Part shown: piece after piece, positions 27,134-36,971 of the stretch
How the letters are laid out: each line of letters opens with the position of its first letter
Numbering within the stretch: the stretch's first letter is position 1
NCBI GenBank assembly: GCA_036170915.1
Contig: JAVHQC010000010.1
Location: 64,001-128,000, forward strand
DNA from: Cyanobacteria bacterium auto_48_18
GTDB lineage: Bacteria > Cyanobacteriota > Vampirovibrionia > Obscuribacterales > Obscuribacteraceae
Length of the DNA stretch: 64,000 bases
Reading direction: 5' to 3'
Notes under the pieces: generated by a model
Seen by the model: the letters and a program-made list of their open reading frames with translations, nothing else
Databases searched by the model: none
Told to the model about the DNA's origin: nothing
Program-made: the position numbers and the translations under genes

Positions 27134-28033
27134 TTAGCCAACTGAGCTAAGTGCTTTGCCCTGGCCCTTTGCCTGACTCAAAGTAAATGCCAGAGATGAT
27201 TCAGGTAAAGGTTCAAAATCATATTTATTGCCCTGCACGTGAACCTTTCCCCAAGGAATACCCGGCTCATGATCGAAGACTACAAGCCAGTTTTCAGCAG
27301 AAGCACGGGCCAGCCACTCTGATTTAATATCGCAGCTAATTAACGGATGATGGTCGTAACCCATTACCCAGGGCGGCGATAAATGAGTTTTAGTGGGAAT
27401 GATGTCGGCGAAATAAACACCTTTTTCGCCATTTGATTCAAAGTAAACCACCTGATGATGGCTGGTGTGGCCACCTGTCACTTTCACCCAGACACCAGGC
27501 ACCACTTCGTAGTCGCCTTCAACTAAAATCAGCTGATTAGCTTTTTGCAAAGGCACAAAATCATCGGGCCTGTAACTAGCTCTGGCTCTAGCATTAGCTA
27601 CGAAAGCAAAATCGTATTCGCCTTGTTGCACTATATATTTTGCCTTCGGAAAAGTTGGCACAACCTCGCCGTCGCACATAATGGTGGCACCACCAGCGTG
27701 GTCAAAATGCAGGTGGGAAATAATGACAAAGTCGATGTCTTCAGGCTTAAGGCCAACCTGATCAAGCATTGTTGCGGGAGTTACTAGAGAATTAAGACCG
27801 AATCGCTCTTTCTCTTTTTCACTCCAGCGGTCACCCATTCCAGTTTCTACTAGAATTTTTTTGCTACCTGTATCAATCAAAAGCAAGTTACAGGCAAGCA
27901 CAATGCGATTTTGATCGTCTGAAGGAGACTGCTTACTCCACAAGCTCTTAGGCACCACACCAAACATGGCACCACCATCGAGCTTAAAAACAGATTCGCG
28001 AATAATGGAAAGATCAAATTGTCCGAACTGCAA
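27134..28033 (-). CDS. MBL-fold metallo-hydrolase (YtnP-like)
   Basis: DGGAMFGVVPK, SHLHFDHAGG, GGHT, MGYD. Confidence 0.9.
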   Translation of the reverse strand: MQFGQFDLSIIRESVFKLDGGAMFGVVPKSLWSKQSPSDDQNRIVLACNLLLIDTGSKKILVETGMGDRWSEKEKERFGLNSLVTPATMLDQVGLKPEDIDFVIISHLHFDHAGGATIMCDGEVVPTFPKAKYIVQQGEYDFAFVANARARASYRPDDFVPLQKANQLILVEGDYEVVPGVWVKVTGGHTSHHQVVYFESNGEKGVYFADIIPTKTHLSPPWVMGYDHHPLISCDIKSEWLARASAENWLVVFDHEPGIPWGKVHVQGNKYDFEPLPESSLAFTLSQAKGQGKALSSVG

Positions 28034-28048
28034 GAATCCCCCTCGGGC

Positions 28049-28951
28049 CTAGGCCCTGACGGCATCCTTCTGGCGAGCGCGGCGACTTTTCTTGCCTTTG
28101 CCACCTTTGCGGCGGTGCTTAATCAGCTCCACCGGAGCAGCAAACTCGCTCTCCACAAGGCTAATTGGAGCAACGAGATGCAGACCCACTGGTGTTTCAG
28201 TGCTGCATTCAGAATTTATTTCTGCGTCGGCCTCTGCATTTGCTTCTGCATCTGCGGAAATTTGCTGAGCAGCTTCAATGGCTTCAGCCGAACTCAGTTC
28301 TGACTCCATCTCTAGCATCTCAATTTTTTCCATAATTTGCAAACGGGCCAGAAGCTCTTCAAGCTCTGGAATGTCGTCGTCCAGCGCCACAAGAGGAGGC
28401 AACTCGCTAAAGTTTTCGGCAGCGAGATCGAAGCCGCCGCCAATTTCGCCAGTGTCGTCCATGAGCTCGCTGTCATAATATGAGTCTAGATTGATTTCGG
28501 TAAAATTCATGCCGCTCAAATATGTAGATTCCACAGCATCAAGTGCAGACATAGCTTGAGAATTAACTTCAGTCGTCACTTCGTAGATACTTTGTTCATA
28601 GATTCTGGGTGCTGCCAGTCGTTTGGTTATAGCCGCTTCATCAACTAAGCTTGCAGTCTGGCCAAACCAGCGGGCTTTTGATTGCTGCTGACGCTGCCGC
28701 CTCTCTAAGTAGTCTGTTGAGCGCTCATCGATGCGTGCGCGCAAATGGCATAGATCGAGCCGGTCAAGCGCTTTTTGCTCAGTAGAAACGCGAGTAGAAA
28801 GAAGCTTGTGTTTTTCTAATAGATTGGCTTTCGACGAAGCAGGGGCTGGTGGCTTTTTCTCAATGGGATGATTTTTTGATGACGCTCTTTGCGGCAGTGC
28901 CGCTTCTTTCTTACCTAAAAGAGTGCTCCAAAGCGTCATCAGTATTGCCAT
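28049..28951 (-). CDS. Hypothetical protein with acidic C-half and basic tail
   Basis: 300-aa ORF with GAGGA RBS and an upstream sigma70-like promoter. Confidence 0.65.
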   Translation of the reverse strand: MAILMTLWSTLLGKKEAALPQRASSKNHPIEKKPPAPASSKANLLEKHKLLSTRVSTEQKALDRLDLCHLRARIDERSTDYLERRQRQQQSKARWFGQTASLVDEAAITKRLAAPRIYEQSIYEVTTEVNSQAMSALDAVESTYLSGMNFTEINLDSYYDSELMDDTGEIGGGFDLAAENFSELPPLVALDDDIPELEELLARLQIMEKIEMLEMESELSSAEAIEAAQQISADAEANAEADAEINSECSTETPVGLHLVAPISLVESEFAAPVELIKHRRKGGKGKKSRRARQKDAVRA

Positions 28952-29002
28952 TCAGCAAATCCTCGCGTATCGCCAGCGCCATAGACCGGGTTTCTTGTAG
29001 CC

Positions 29003-29030
29003 AGTATACGTCGCCGACCTAGCTCGTCAA
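29003..29030 (-). promoter_or_regulatory. Sigma70-type promoter
   Basis: Minus strand TTGACG-N16-TATACT, ~50 nt upstream of the ATG at 28951. Confidence 0.55.
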
Positions 29031-29195
29031 TGGGATTATCCGCAGATGTGACGACAGATGATAAAACACTAACAGGCACAGCCTCTTGCCTAATCGCGGC
29101 GCGAGTTCGCCGTATCTACTCAGCCACAAATCAGCCACAAAGCATCATCTATATAAACGCAATAAAATGCGCAGACGCCAGCACCACATGTGGTG

Positions 29196-30293
29196 CTAGT
29201 TGTTTTCTACTTCTTGAGATAATTCATCTGGAGTTTTGCGAGTGTCTGCATTTCCAGCGGCTGAATTTATAGAAGCGAGCGATGCAGCGGTTCGGGCTTT
29301 AGCGCGACGCTCGAACTCATTGAACTCATTTTCTAGCCAGGCATCAATTTTCGAACCGACTTCAGGTTCGATTTTGCTGCACTCAACCAGCATGTGACCC
29401 TTATGAGGAAAAACAACCATGGTCGCTTTTTTAGTGCCTAATTTCGGTACCATGGCCGTTAAAGCTGCGGTATTCTGCACTTGATCCAATTTACCGGCAA
29501 GTAACAAAATTGGCATGTCTTCGGGAATTTTTGCAATTTCTTTTAAGGCATTACGGTTAGTTACCGCGGCTTTGATCAGATCGGTAACACTCATGGCCTT
29601 ACAGGTATCGGCGCTTTCCATAAGCTCTTGAGTAATACGTTTGTCTTCAGACAATAAGGGCTCATAATAAGCAGCAATATCAATTGGCTGCTTCGGATCT
29701 TGCAGACCCTGCACAAAAGTTTTTAACCAGAGGGGCCGCGGATGCACTCTGTTTCTCGCCACAGCACTGGAGGCAATAACGCCATCTAAAAGTGTGGGAT
29801 CAGTTGATGCTTCCCAGATAGCCATGTTGGCGCCAAAACTTTCACCAATGCAAAAAATCGGTTTCTCAGGATACTTTTTTCGCAGTTCTTTGAGCACAGC
29901 CGTCAGGTCGTCTTTACTCTGGCTGAAGTGTATAGCTGAGTCACCGTCAAATTTATGATCTGGTGATCGCCAGTCGCCGAAACCGCGCATGTCGTTGGCG
30001 TAAACGATGTAGCCCAAATCTGTAAAATGAGAAGCGAGAGTGCCGTACATGCGACCACTGAAAATCAGTCCCTGCAGCGCTACGATTACACCCTTAATAG
30101 GCTTATCAGGATTGGTCCAGCGGTGCACCGGTATTTTTAGACTTTCGCCAATGTCACACTGATTATCGTAAACGGGCGCGGCAATAGCGGCGGGGCAGTG
30201 GAGTGATGCCAGCAAGGTAAGGCCACAGGAAAGAACAAATTGGATATTAGCTTTTAAACGCATATATTCCAGGTTAGAGCTGAGTTCAGCCAC
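29196..30293 (-). CDS. Alpha/beta hydrolase (lysophospholipase/Hydrolase_4-like), secreted
   Basis: DMRGFG, GESFG nucleophile elbow, GKLD, KGH; signal peptide. Confidence 0.85.
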   Translation of the reverse strand: MAELSSNLEYMRLKANIQFVLSCGLTLLASLHCPAAIAAPVYDNQCDIGESLKIPVHRWTNPDKPIKGVIVALQGLIFSGRMYGTLASHFTDLGYIVYANDMRGFGDWRSPDHKFDGDSAIHFSQSKDDLTAVLKELRKKYPEKPIFCIGESFGANMAIWEASTDPTLLDGVIASSAVARNRVHPRPLWLKTFVQGLQDPKQPIDIAAYYEPLLSEDKRITQELMESADTCKAMSVTDLIKAAVTNRNALKEIAKIPEDMPILLLAGKLDQVQNTAALTAMVPKLGTKKATMVVFPHKGHMLVECSKIEPEVGSKIDAWLENEFNEFERRAKARTAASLASINSAAGNADTRKTPDELSQEVENN

Positions 30294-30474
30294 TTAATGA
30301 TATATCCAAAACGCTCAAACGTCACCTGGCAACAGCTGACTAATCTGCTTTCAGCGACTAAAAATCTAGTACGACAGCAAAGTCAGCACCGCGCACGGTG
30401 CGCTTGTCTCTAGACAATTGCTGCGAATAAGCATATTGAGCGCATATGTAGAATGATGAACAAATTACGCAGGT

Positions 30475-31248
30475 TTAGACAGCAAGGTCTACAGCTTTAT
30501 CAGGTGTTTGGACCGCAGGAAATCCCATAATTCGCTGATAGCAGACGTTCATAGACTCGTAACAAGGGCAACTTACTTCTTCCAGAGCCCGCCGATCAAG
30601 CACGGAGATCTTTCCGCGGGTATAAGAGATTATTCCGGCCTTAAGCAGCTGGCCAGCAGCGAAATTTACACTTGTGCGTGAAATTCCAAGCATTGCCGCT
30701 AAAAATTCTTGGGTCAGGACAAAAGAATTACTTTCGCAGCGGTCATCAGAAAGCAGCATCCAGCGCGCGCAGCGTTGCGCGATGGAATGCACGCGATTGC
30801 AGCCGATGTTGATAGACACGTTTTCAAAGAGTGCCATGCCAAAGCGACTACATACATCCGCTAGTTCCTTATGCTCGATGAGCAGACGTTGGAAAGCCTT
30901 AATCGGCACCCGCAAACCTGACGCTTCGACCTGACAATAGACCAGCTGAGCAATGGCCGGTGTACCAAGCGCTACGCACACGCCGAGCATGCCATCCCGG
31001 CCAATGGTAGCAAGCTCAACCAGCGAACCTTCTTCCATAACAGTCAGAAAGGAAAGCGCCCCAGATTCGATAAAATCGACGAATTCAAAATTAGTGTTTG
31101 GTTCAGATACATGTTCGCGCAAATTAAAGTGGACTGGCTCAGAGACGGCCATAAATGCTCGCAGGACATGTGGCGGCAAACTTAGCAGAAGTAAATTTTG
31201 TGGCTGACCGAAAATCACAAGTACACCATTTGTCTTAGGGACCAACAA
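30475..31248 (-). CDS. Crp/Fnr family transcriptional regulator
   Basis: IGRDGMLG cNMP-binding fold; CNRVHSIAQRCARW; LTQEFLAAMLGISRTSV HTH. Confidence 0.9.
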   Translation of the reverse strand: MLVPKTNGVLVIFGQPQNLLLLSLPPHVLRAFMAVSEPVHFNLREHVSEPNTNFEFVDFIESGALSFLTVMEEGSLVELATIGRDGMLGVCVALGTPAIAQLVYCQVEASGLRVPIKAFQRLLIEHKELADVCSRFGMALFENVSINIGCNRVHSIAQRCARWMLLSDDRCESNSFVLTQEFLAAMLGISRTSVNFAAGQLLKAGIISYTRGKISVLDRRALEEVSCPCYESMNVCYQRIMGFPAVQTPDKAVDLAV

Positions 31249-31421
31249 ACGGTTGAGCTAGTCGATTAATCTACGACAGCCGCGTGCATACAATCACTAT
31301 GACAGATTTGAACATATATTGCTTGCGGCAATGCGCCGGTATGGGCGGGTCAGCATCCGATACCAGTTATTAATGGCAATTTTCGGGGTTGATTGACTAA
31401 AATGGCCATAGAGGGAAACAA

Positions 31422-32495
31422 ATGCCAATTAACGCACTATCCTTTGAATTATTAGCAAAACTGGTGAACTCTGCCGCAAGCGGAATTGTGGTCACTGATC
31501 CTATGCGCGCTGGCAATCCTATTATTTTTGCCAACGACGCTTTTTACAAGATCACCGGATATAGTGCCTACGAGACCATTGGTCACAATTGCAAATTTCT
31601 CCAGGGCGCAGATCGCGCTCAGCCTGCGCTGGAAGAACTGAGGCAGGCAATCAAAAAGAGAGAATCATGCCGCGTCACTCTGCGTAATTACAAAAAAGAC
31701 GGCACCATGTTCTGGAACGAACTGTATATGACCCCGCATTTTGATGGAGATCAACTGACACATTTTGTTGGTGTGCAGAATGATGTGACAGCAATCGTCG
31801 AACAAAAGCATCAAAAAGAAATGTATAACGCTGGTATTATCCACGATATCAAAGGGCCACTTTTTGGCCAGGCGAGAATATTAGAATATCTTGCCAAGCA
31901 AGAGCCAAATGCAAAATCAAACGAAGCGTACGAGATGATGTTGGCCAGCCTCAAATCGTCCTTAATGCTGATTACCGATGTTCTGGCGCAATACAAATTA
32001 GAAAATAATTTCGTCACTCCCGCAATAACCAAATTTGCCACGAGCCCACTAATTGCCCGCGTTATTGAGAATGCCCAAGCCGAAGCGCTCGCGCGCAATG
32101 TACACCTGGGTGTGTTGTCGCCGGGTGGTGAGACATATATCACTGCAGATCAAGACATGGTCTTGCGTGCTCTGAAAAACCTTGTAGATAATGCCATCAA
32201 AAATTCTGCGCCGGGTAAAAATGTCTGGCTTTTAGCCAGCAGCACCGTCAGTACTACCATATTGGCCGTGCTCGACCAGGGCCCAGGTATGCCGCAAGCA
32301 TTGAAAGAAGCTCTAATTAAAGACTCAACAAAAATAGAATCAGCATTTACCGGTACAACCAGAGAGAGTACCGGCCTGGGTCTAATGACCTGTGCTCAGA
32401 TTATGCGTATTCATGGTGGCACTCTTACTCTACTGAAAAGCGATGAGGACGGCACGGATCTGGCACTGATATTTCCCATTCAACCAAGAAAATAG
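31422..32495 (+). CDS. LOV-domain (blue-light/flavin) sensor histidine kinase
   Basis: NPIIFANDAF, GHNCKFLQG, NYKKDG..FWN, FVGVQ; H-box HDIKGPL, N-box NLVDNAIK, DQGPG, GLGL. Confidence 0.92.
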   Translation: MPINALSFELLAKLVNSAASGIVVTDPMRAGNPIIFANDAFYKITGYSAYETIGHNCKFLQGADRAQPALEELRQAIKKRESCRVTLRNYKKDGTMFWNELYMTPHFDGDQLTHFVGVQNDVTAIVEQKHQKEMYNAGIIHDIKGPLFGQARILEYLAKQEPNAKSNEAYEMMLASLKSSLMLITDVLAQYKLENNFVTPAITKFATSPLIARVIENAQAEALARNVHLGVLSPGGETYITADQDMVLRALKNLVDNAIKNSAPGKNVWLLASSTVSTTILAVLDQGPGMPQALKEALIKDSTKIESAFTGTTRESTGLGLMTCAQIMRIHGGTLTLLKSDEDGTDLALIFPIQPRK

Positions 32496-32565
32496 AAAAA
32501 TATTGGTGATACCACAAATAGATTTTTACTGATACTATGGTGGCATATTTCCACCATGGCTTTAA

Positions 32566-33615
32566 ATGTTTTCAAAACGCCTTTTGAACCTCTTACTAAT
32601 TGCTAACAGTCTGAGCGTCATCTGTGCGTATTCGTGTCAAGCCGCCAATAATGGCATTTTCGAAACCTCAGCTGCTGATAAAACTGAAGCGAAATCATTT
32701 GCACGCCAGCCCATTGTGGGCAAACCTAAGATTGGCTTGGCCCTCGGCGGCGGTGGCGCGCGTGGTGCAGCTGAAGTAGGCGTGCTTAAGGTTCTGCAAA
32801 AAGCTGGTATCGAGTTTGATTGCGTCGCCGGCACCAGCATTGGTGCTGTAGTAGGCGGCTTTTATTGCCTCGGCATCAGCCCCGACGTGATGGAAAGAGA
32901 ATTTACCAGTGGTTCACTCATGCGCAATTATATGGCCGAACCCCTGGCCTTCCGCATTTTAGGCGCCCCATTTTTCGCCATGCTATCTAGATTCAGCCGC
33001 AATAAATATGATGGCTTATATGGTGGCGACAGATTTCGCAATTATCTGGTAGGCAGGCATTCTACCGATGAAATTTTAATTGAAGACATCAAGAAACCGT
33101 TTGCCGCCATAGCCTTAAATGTGATCGACGGAAAACCTTACATGATTCGCAAAGGCGATATCGGTTACGCACTGCAAGCAAGCTGCGCCGTACCGGCCTT
33201 GCAGAAACCGGTGGAAATCGACGGCATGCTGTTTTCAGACGGCGGTGTGGTCTGCAACCTGCCCGTAAAGCAATGCCGCGAACTGGGCGCTGACTTTGTG
33301 GTGGCCATCAATATCGATGAATCCTTCGCACCCGTGCCTCTTAATGCCTTGACCAAACCCGGCAGTATGGCCCATCGTTTCCTCTCATGGCAGCTCTATG
33401 ACATCGACCAGGCGCAAGCTGCCCTGGCCGATATTACAATTCATCCGGAAACCACTGGCGTATCGCTGATCTCAAAGCGCAAGTCAGATTCTCGGCGCGC
33501 CCTGGCTGCTGGCGAAGCAGCCGCGACGGCAGCTCTACCGGCACTTCTAGCCAAGCTCAAAGCCATAGGCATTGTGCCGCAGCCGAAAACTGGCCCCATG
33601 CTGGCGGAAAAATAA
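32566..33615 (+). CDS. Patatin-like phospholipase
   Basis: GGGGARG, GTSIG, DGG. Confidence 0.92.
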   Translation: MFSKRLLNLLLIANSLSVICAYSCQAANNGIFETSAADKTEAKSFARQPIVGKPKIGLALGGGGARGAAEVGVLKVLQKAGIEFDCVAGTSIGAVVGGFYCLGISPDVMEREFTSGSLMRNYMAEPLAFRILGAPFFAMLSRFSRNKYDGLYGGDRFRNYLVGRHSTDEILIEDIKKPFAAIALNVIDGKPYMIRKGDIGYALQASCAVPALQKPVEIDGMLFSDGGVVCNLPVKQCRELGADFVVAINIDESFAPVPLNALTKPGSMAHRFLSWQLYDIDQAQAALADITIHPETTGVSLISKRKSDSRRALAAGEAAATAALPALLAKLKAIGIVPQPKTGPMLAEK

Positions 33616-33627
33616 ATCAAGCCTGGT

Positions 33628-34608
33628 CTATTTTGCTGTTTGCAAAAGACGATCAGCTATCAATTTTTCCAGCTCAACCAGTGAAGCGCTGAAGCCTTCA
33701 ATGCCATCCTTAAGTTTGTCGTTGGCCATGCGGTCTTTCTCATGCATAGCTTCGAATATCTCTTTATTCATTTCTATGCGCTCGATTTTTTGGCCTTTTG
33801 CTTTAGCCGGGTCAAGCTTGCGTGGCAAGTCGCCTTCAGTAGAGTCGAGTTCGGCCAGCAGCTTGGGCGAAATGGTGAGCAAATCGCAGCCTGCCAACTC
33901 GGTAATCTCAGACATGTTGCGGAAGCTGGCGCCCATAACTACAGTGGGATAGTCAAACTTTTTGTAATAGTCATAAATTGCACTAACAGACTGCACGCCG
34001 GGATCTTCAGCACCTTTATAGTCTTTGCCGGTCTCTTTTTTGTACCAGTCTAAAATGCGGCCGACAAAAGGCGAAATCAAAGTCACTTTAGCTTCAGCGC
34101 AAGCAACTGCCTGGTGCATGCCAAACAGCAAAGTCATATTGCAGTGAATGCCTTCTTTCTCAAGAATTTCAGCCGCCTTAATGCCTTCCCAAGTGGAGGC
34201 TATTTTGATTAAAATGCGCTCGCGGGAAAAGCCATCTTTTTCGTACAGGGCAATGATCTGCCGAGCTTGCTCAACAGTTGCATCAGTATCATATGAAAGG
34301 CGGGCGTCAATTTCGGTTGAAACACGACCGGGAACTACTCCCAAAATCTTCTTGCCGAAGGCCACGGCCAGGTGACGGAAAGCCTGGTCAACCACTGCCT
34401 TCTTGTCGGCATCAGCACCAAGGTCGGTCTGGGCATCAGCAATAATGCTGTCAACAAGAGCGCTGTAAGCAGGCATCTGAGCGGCGGCCGCTAAAAGGGA
34501 AGGATTGGTGGTGCTGTCTTGAGGCTTAAATTTGACAATTGACTCAAAATCGCCGGTATCAGCCACTACCTTGGTCATTTGCCGCAACTGTTCTAACAAA
34601 CTAGCCAT
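33628..34608 (-). CDS. tal: Transaldolase
   Basis: [48 protein letters not shown] 34608 after GAGGA. Confidence 0.97.
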   Translation of the reverse strand: MASLLEQLRQMTKVVADTGDFESIVKFKPQDSTTNPSLLAAAAQMPAYSALVDSIIADAQTDLGADADKKAVVDQAFRHLAVAFGKKILGVVPGRVSTEIDARLSYDTDATVEQARQIIALYEKDGFSRERILIKIASTWEGIKAAEILEKEGIHCNMTLLFGMHQAVACAEAKVTLISPFVGRILDWYKKETGKDYKGAEDPGVQSVSAIYDYYKKFDYPTVVMGASFRNMSEITELAGCDLLTISPKLLAELDSTEGDLPRKLDPAKAKGQKIERIEMNKEIFEAMHEKDRMANDKLKDGIEGFSASLVELEKLIADRLLQTAK

Positions 34609-34825
34609 GATGAAATCCTCGCCTCTTGATCCGTACAATGTTCGTTTAGCATAGCGTCAAATATGCTTTTGGAAGCGAAACACTTTATATATTTTGTTCC
34701 TGGTCAGAAAAACCTCGAGTTTTTCTGTAGGCAGGAATTTTCGTTTTCTGTTTACCCTGGCAAGCCCGCAAGACAGATGTGAAGTGGAAGCGGTTGACGA
34801 CTGTGCCACCGCCTATGGTGCAGAC

Positions 34826-35506
34826 TCACTTCTTATGAAGCGCATTAAGCATTGTTTGTAATTCTTTGCGGGCCCACTGTATTTGAAAGAGACCTGGGCA
34901 GCCGTATTGCTCAAACGATGGTAATGCAGCCACTCTGCTGTCACGGAAACTATTGTAAATTCGCCCTTGATCTAAGGCGTGCAAAATTTCAGTAATCATA
35001 AATTCTTGAGCCTGAGCACCGTTTAAATTTTGCGCACGAGCTTGCACACCAATTTCTCTACCAACAGAATTATTGTAGAGATCTTTTCTTGCATCGAGCA
35101 TGAATGGTTCGGTGCCCGCACCACCACAGACTATTCCTTCCGCATATTCGTTAGCTCGAAACAACAGGTCAGACGCACCTGAGCCAAGTTCAAAAGCTGC
35201 CAGGGCTGAGCCATAAGCATGTTGAAAGGAATTGACTACCTGCTTGTATACATGGACGGTTTTACCATCGCGCACAACGCTATAGGTATTGTCGTAAAAC
35301 GAAGCTGGCGTGCCAGCCTCATTGTGGTCGATTTTCGGCCCTAGCGGAATCAGATAACTACGCCCGTAGAGCTCTTGTTCGGCTATGCTGACGCGCCACA
35401 AAATAGAAAGAATATAGCAAGCGAGCAAGATTATGAGAGTGAGCCCAAGCAGCGTTGCTTTAGCCCCTAGAGCTGGGTTTCTAATTTTATTGGTTATGAG
35501 ATGCAA
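34826..35506 (-). CDS. Membrane-anchored hypothetical protein (DUF6973-like)
   Basis: NSFQHAYGSA...DLYNNSVGREIG pattern; N-terminal TM. Confidence 0.6.
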   Translation of the reverse strand: MHLITNKIRNPALGAKATLLGLTLIILLACYILSILWRVSIAEQELYGRSYLIPLGPKIDHNEAGTPASFYDNTYSVVRDGKTVHVYKQVVNSFQHAYGSALAAFELGSGASDLLFRANEYAEGIVCGGAGTEPFMLDARKDLYNNSVGREIGVQARAQNLNGAQAQEFMITEILHALDQGRIYNSFRDSRVAALPSFEQYGCPGLFQIQWARKELQTMLNALHKK

Positions 35507-35520
35507 TTTATGTAATTGAT

Positions 35521-35546
35521 TGAACCATTTGGTGCGAAAGAGCGTC
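35521..35546 (+). promoter_or_regulatory. Candidate ECF-sigma promoter
   Basis: TGAACC-N16-CGTC, ~33 nt upstream of ATG 35579. Confidence 0.35.
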
Positions 35547-35578
35547 TTCCATATTATCTACAGTACAGGAGTACTTCA

Positions 35579-36265
35579 ATGAACACTTTCTTCCGCGCCA
35601 CACTTGCGCTAGCACTTACCATCGGTGCGGCAGGCTTTGCCAGCCTGCCGGCTGACGCCCAGTACAACGGCAGTGTAAATCAAAGGCAACGTAACCAACA
35701 TTCTCGCATCTATAACGGTATGAACAACGGCTCTCTCAATGGCAGAGAAGCAGCTCGACTATCACGCCAACAATATGCTTTGCATCACAGAGAACAACGC
35801 TACAGAGCAAGTGGCAACGGCTTGAGCACGGCCGAGCGCGCCAGATTGCATAATCAACAGAATAGACTCAGCCAAAACATCCACCAACAGAGCAACGATC
35901 GCCAGGGTTATAACAATGGTCGTGGCTATAACAACGGGCGTGGATACAACAATGGTCGCGGCTACAACAATGATCGTGCGTACGGCAATGGCCGTGGCAA
36001 TTCACGCGGAAACTCACTGTACGATATCAACCAGACACAGCAACAACAGGCCAATCGCATCAATCAGGGTGTGACCAATGGCCAGCTGACTCAAAGTGAG
36101 GCTGCGCGCCTGCAAAGCCAACAAGCTTCACTGGCAACGCGAGAAGCAGAAATGCGAGCAAGTGGCGGCGGTTTGAGCATGTCTGAAAGAGCCCGATTAG
36201 ACGCTCAACAAGATCGCCTGAGCCGCAATATTTCCCAACAGAGACGTGATAACCAGACCCGCTAA
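35579..36265 (+). CDS. Secreted Gln/Arg/Asn-rich repeat protein with an internal duplication
   Basis: AGGAG RBS; signal peptide ending ADA; two copies of a NQxQ..RI..G..NG.L...EAARL...Q...RE...RASG.GLS..ERARL..QQ.RLS.NI module joined by GYNNGR repeats. Confidence 0.85.
   Translation: MNTFFRATLALALTIGAAGFASLPADAQYNGSVNQRQRNQHSRIYNGMNNGSLNGREAARLSRQQYALHHREQRYRASGNGLSTAERARLHNQQNRLSQNIHQQSNDRQGYNNGRGYNNGRGYNNGRGYNNDRAYGNGRGNSRGNSLYDINQTQQQQANRINQGVTNGQLTQSEAARLQSQQASLATREAEMRASGGGLSMSERARLDAQQDRLSRNISQQRRDNQTR
35905..35970 (+). repeat. In-frame 18-bp tandem repeat encoding (GYNNGR)x3-4
   Basis: ggttataacaatggtcgt/ggctataacaacgggcgt/ggatacaacaatggtcgc/ggctacaacaat. Confidence 0.85.
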
Positions 36266-36302
36266 AAGCCGGTCGTATTGACGTTCGCTGTCGAGAATTC
36301 TA

Positions 36303-36335
36303 GAAACATGCCGGGCAAAATGTCTGGCATGTTTC
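36303..36335 (+). terminator. Strong 15-bp hairpin after the repeat-protein gene
   Basis: GAAACATGCCGGGCA-AAA-TGTCTGGCATGTTTC with two G-U pairs; weak U-tract. Confidence 0.5.
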
Positions 36336-36437
36336 GTCGTATACATGTAACATTACGAATAACTTTTGATACAGGCGAGCTCTTGCTGTCCACAATACGC
36401 AAGAGAAGTTGCTGAAGCTGCTTGTAAAAGGATTTCC

Positions 36438-36971
36438 ATGACCGGCTATCGCATAGTAATGCTTGACAATAATCACGGCCACATTGAAGCCTTGAGAGCG
36501 AAGGCAGGCGTAAACTGCAAAGAGATTTTGAGCTTTAACACGATTGCAGCGGCCATGCAGTGGATAGATACTAAAGACCACGTAGATGTGATTGTCTCTA
36601 ATGCTTTTCTGGAAACTGAAAACGTTTTTGAGTTTCTTAAGGCCGTAAAACAAAATGAATCCCACAACTGGATTCAATTCATTTTGGTTTGCACTGAGGT
36701 TAATGACCTGACTTCCTTTCTTAATAAGACAGCAGAAAAGACCGCTAGAATTTTGGGTGCAGACAAATACATCATGATGTCTGAATTTTGCCCTGAAAGA
36801 TTGTTGAAAGAAATTGAAGCCAGCCTCCCCAATATGCCGCCACAGAAAGAACTAGACCCAATAGGCGAAGCTCTGGGTGTGCCTCGAGAGCCTAACGAAG
36901 TGCCCGTTAATGTCAATGAAGCACAAAAGGATGGCCCTAAATTAAAAGGCGAGCAGCCTGAATCAATTTAG
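36438..36971 (+). CDS. Atypical (pseudo-) receiver domain protein
   Basis: REC fold pattern (IVMLDNN, VDVIVSN, FEFLKAVK, LGADKYI); phosphoacceptor D replaced by N; AAAGGA RBS before ATG 36438. Confidence 0.75.
   Translation: MTGYRIVMLDNNHGHIEALRAKAGVNCKEILSFNTIAAAMQWIDTKDHVDVIVSNAFLETENVFEFLKAVKQNESHNWIQFILVCTEVNDLTSFLNKTAEKTARILGADKYIMMSEFCPERLLKEIEASLPNMPPQKELDPIGEALGVPREPNEVPVNVNEAQKDGPKLKGEQPESI

Noticed and set aside
35905..35970. 18-bp repeats as a CRISPR-like or non-coding array
   Set aside because: They are in-frame coding repeats with synonymous variation and no spacers.
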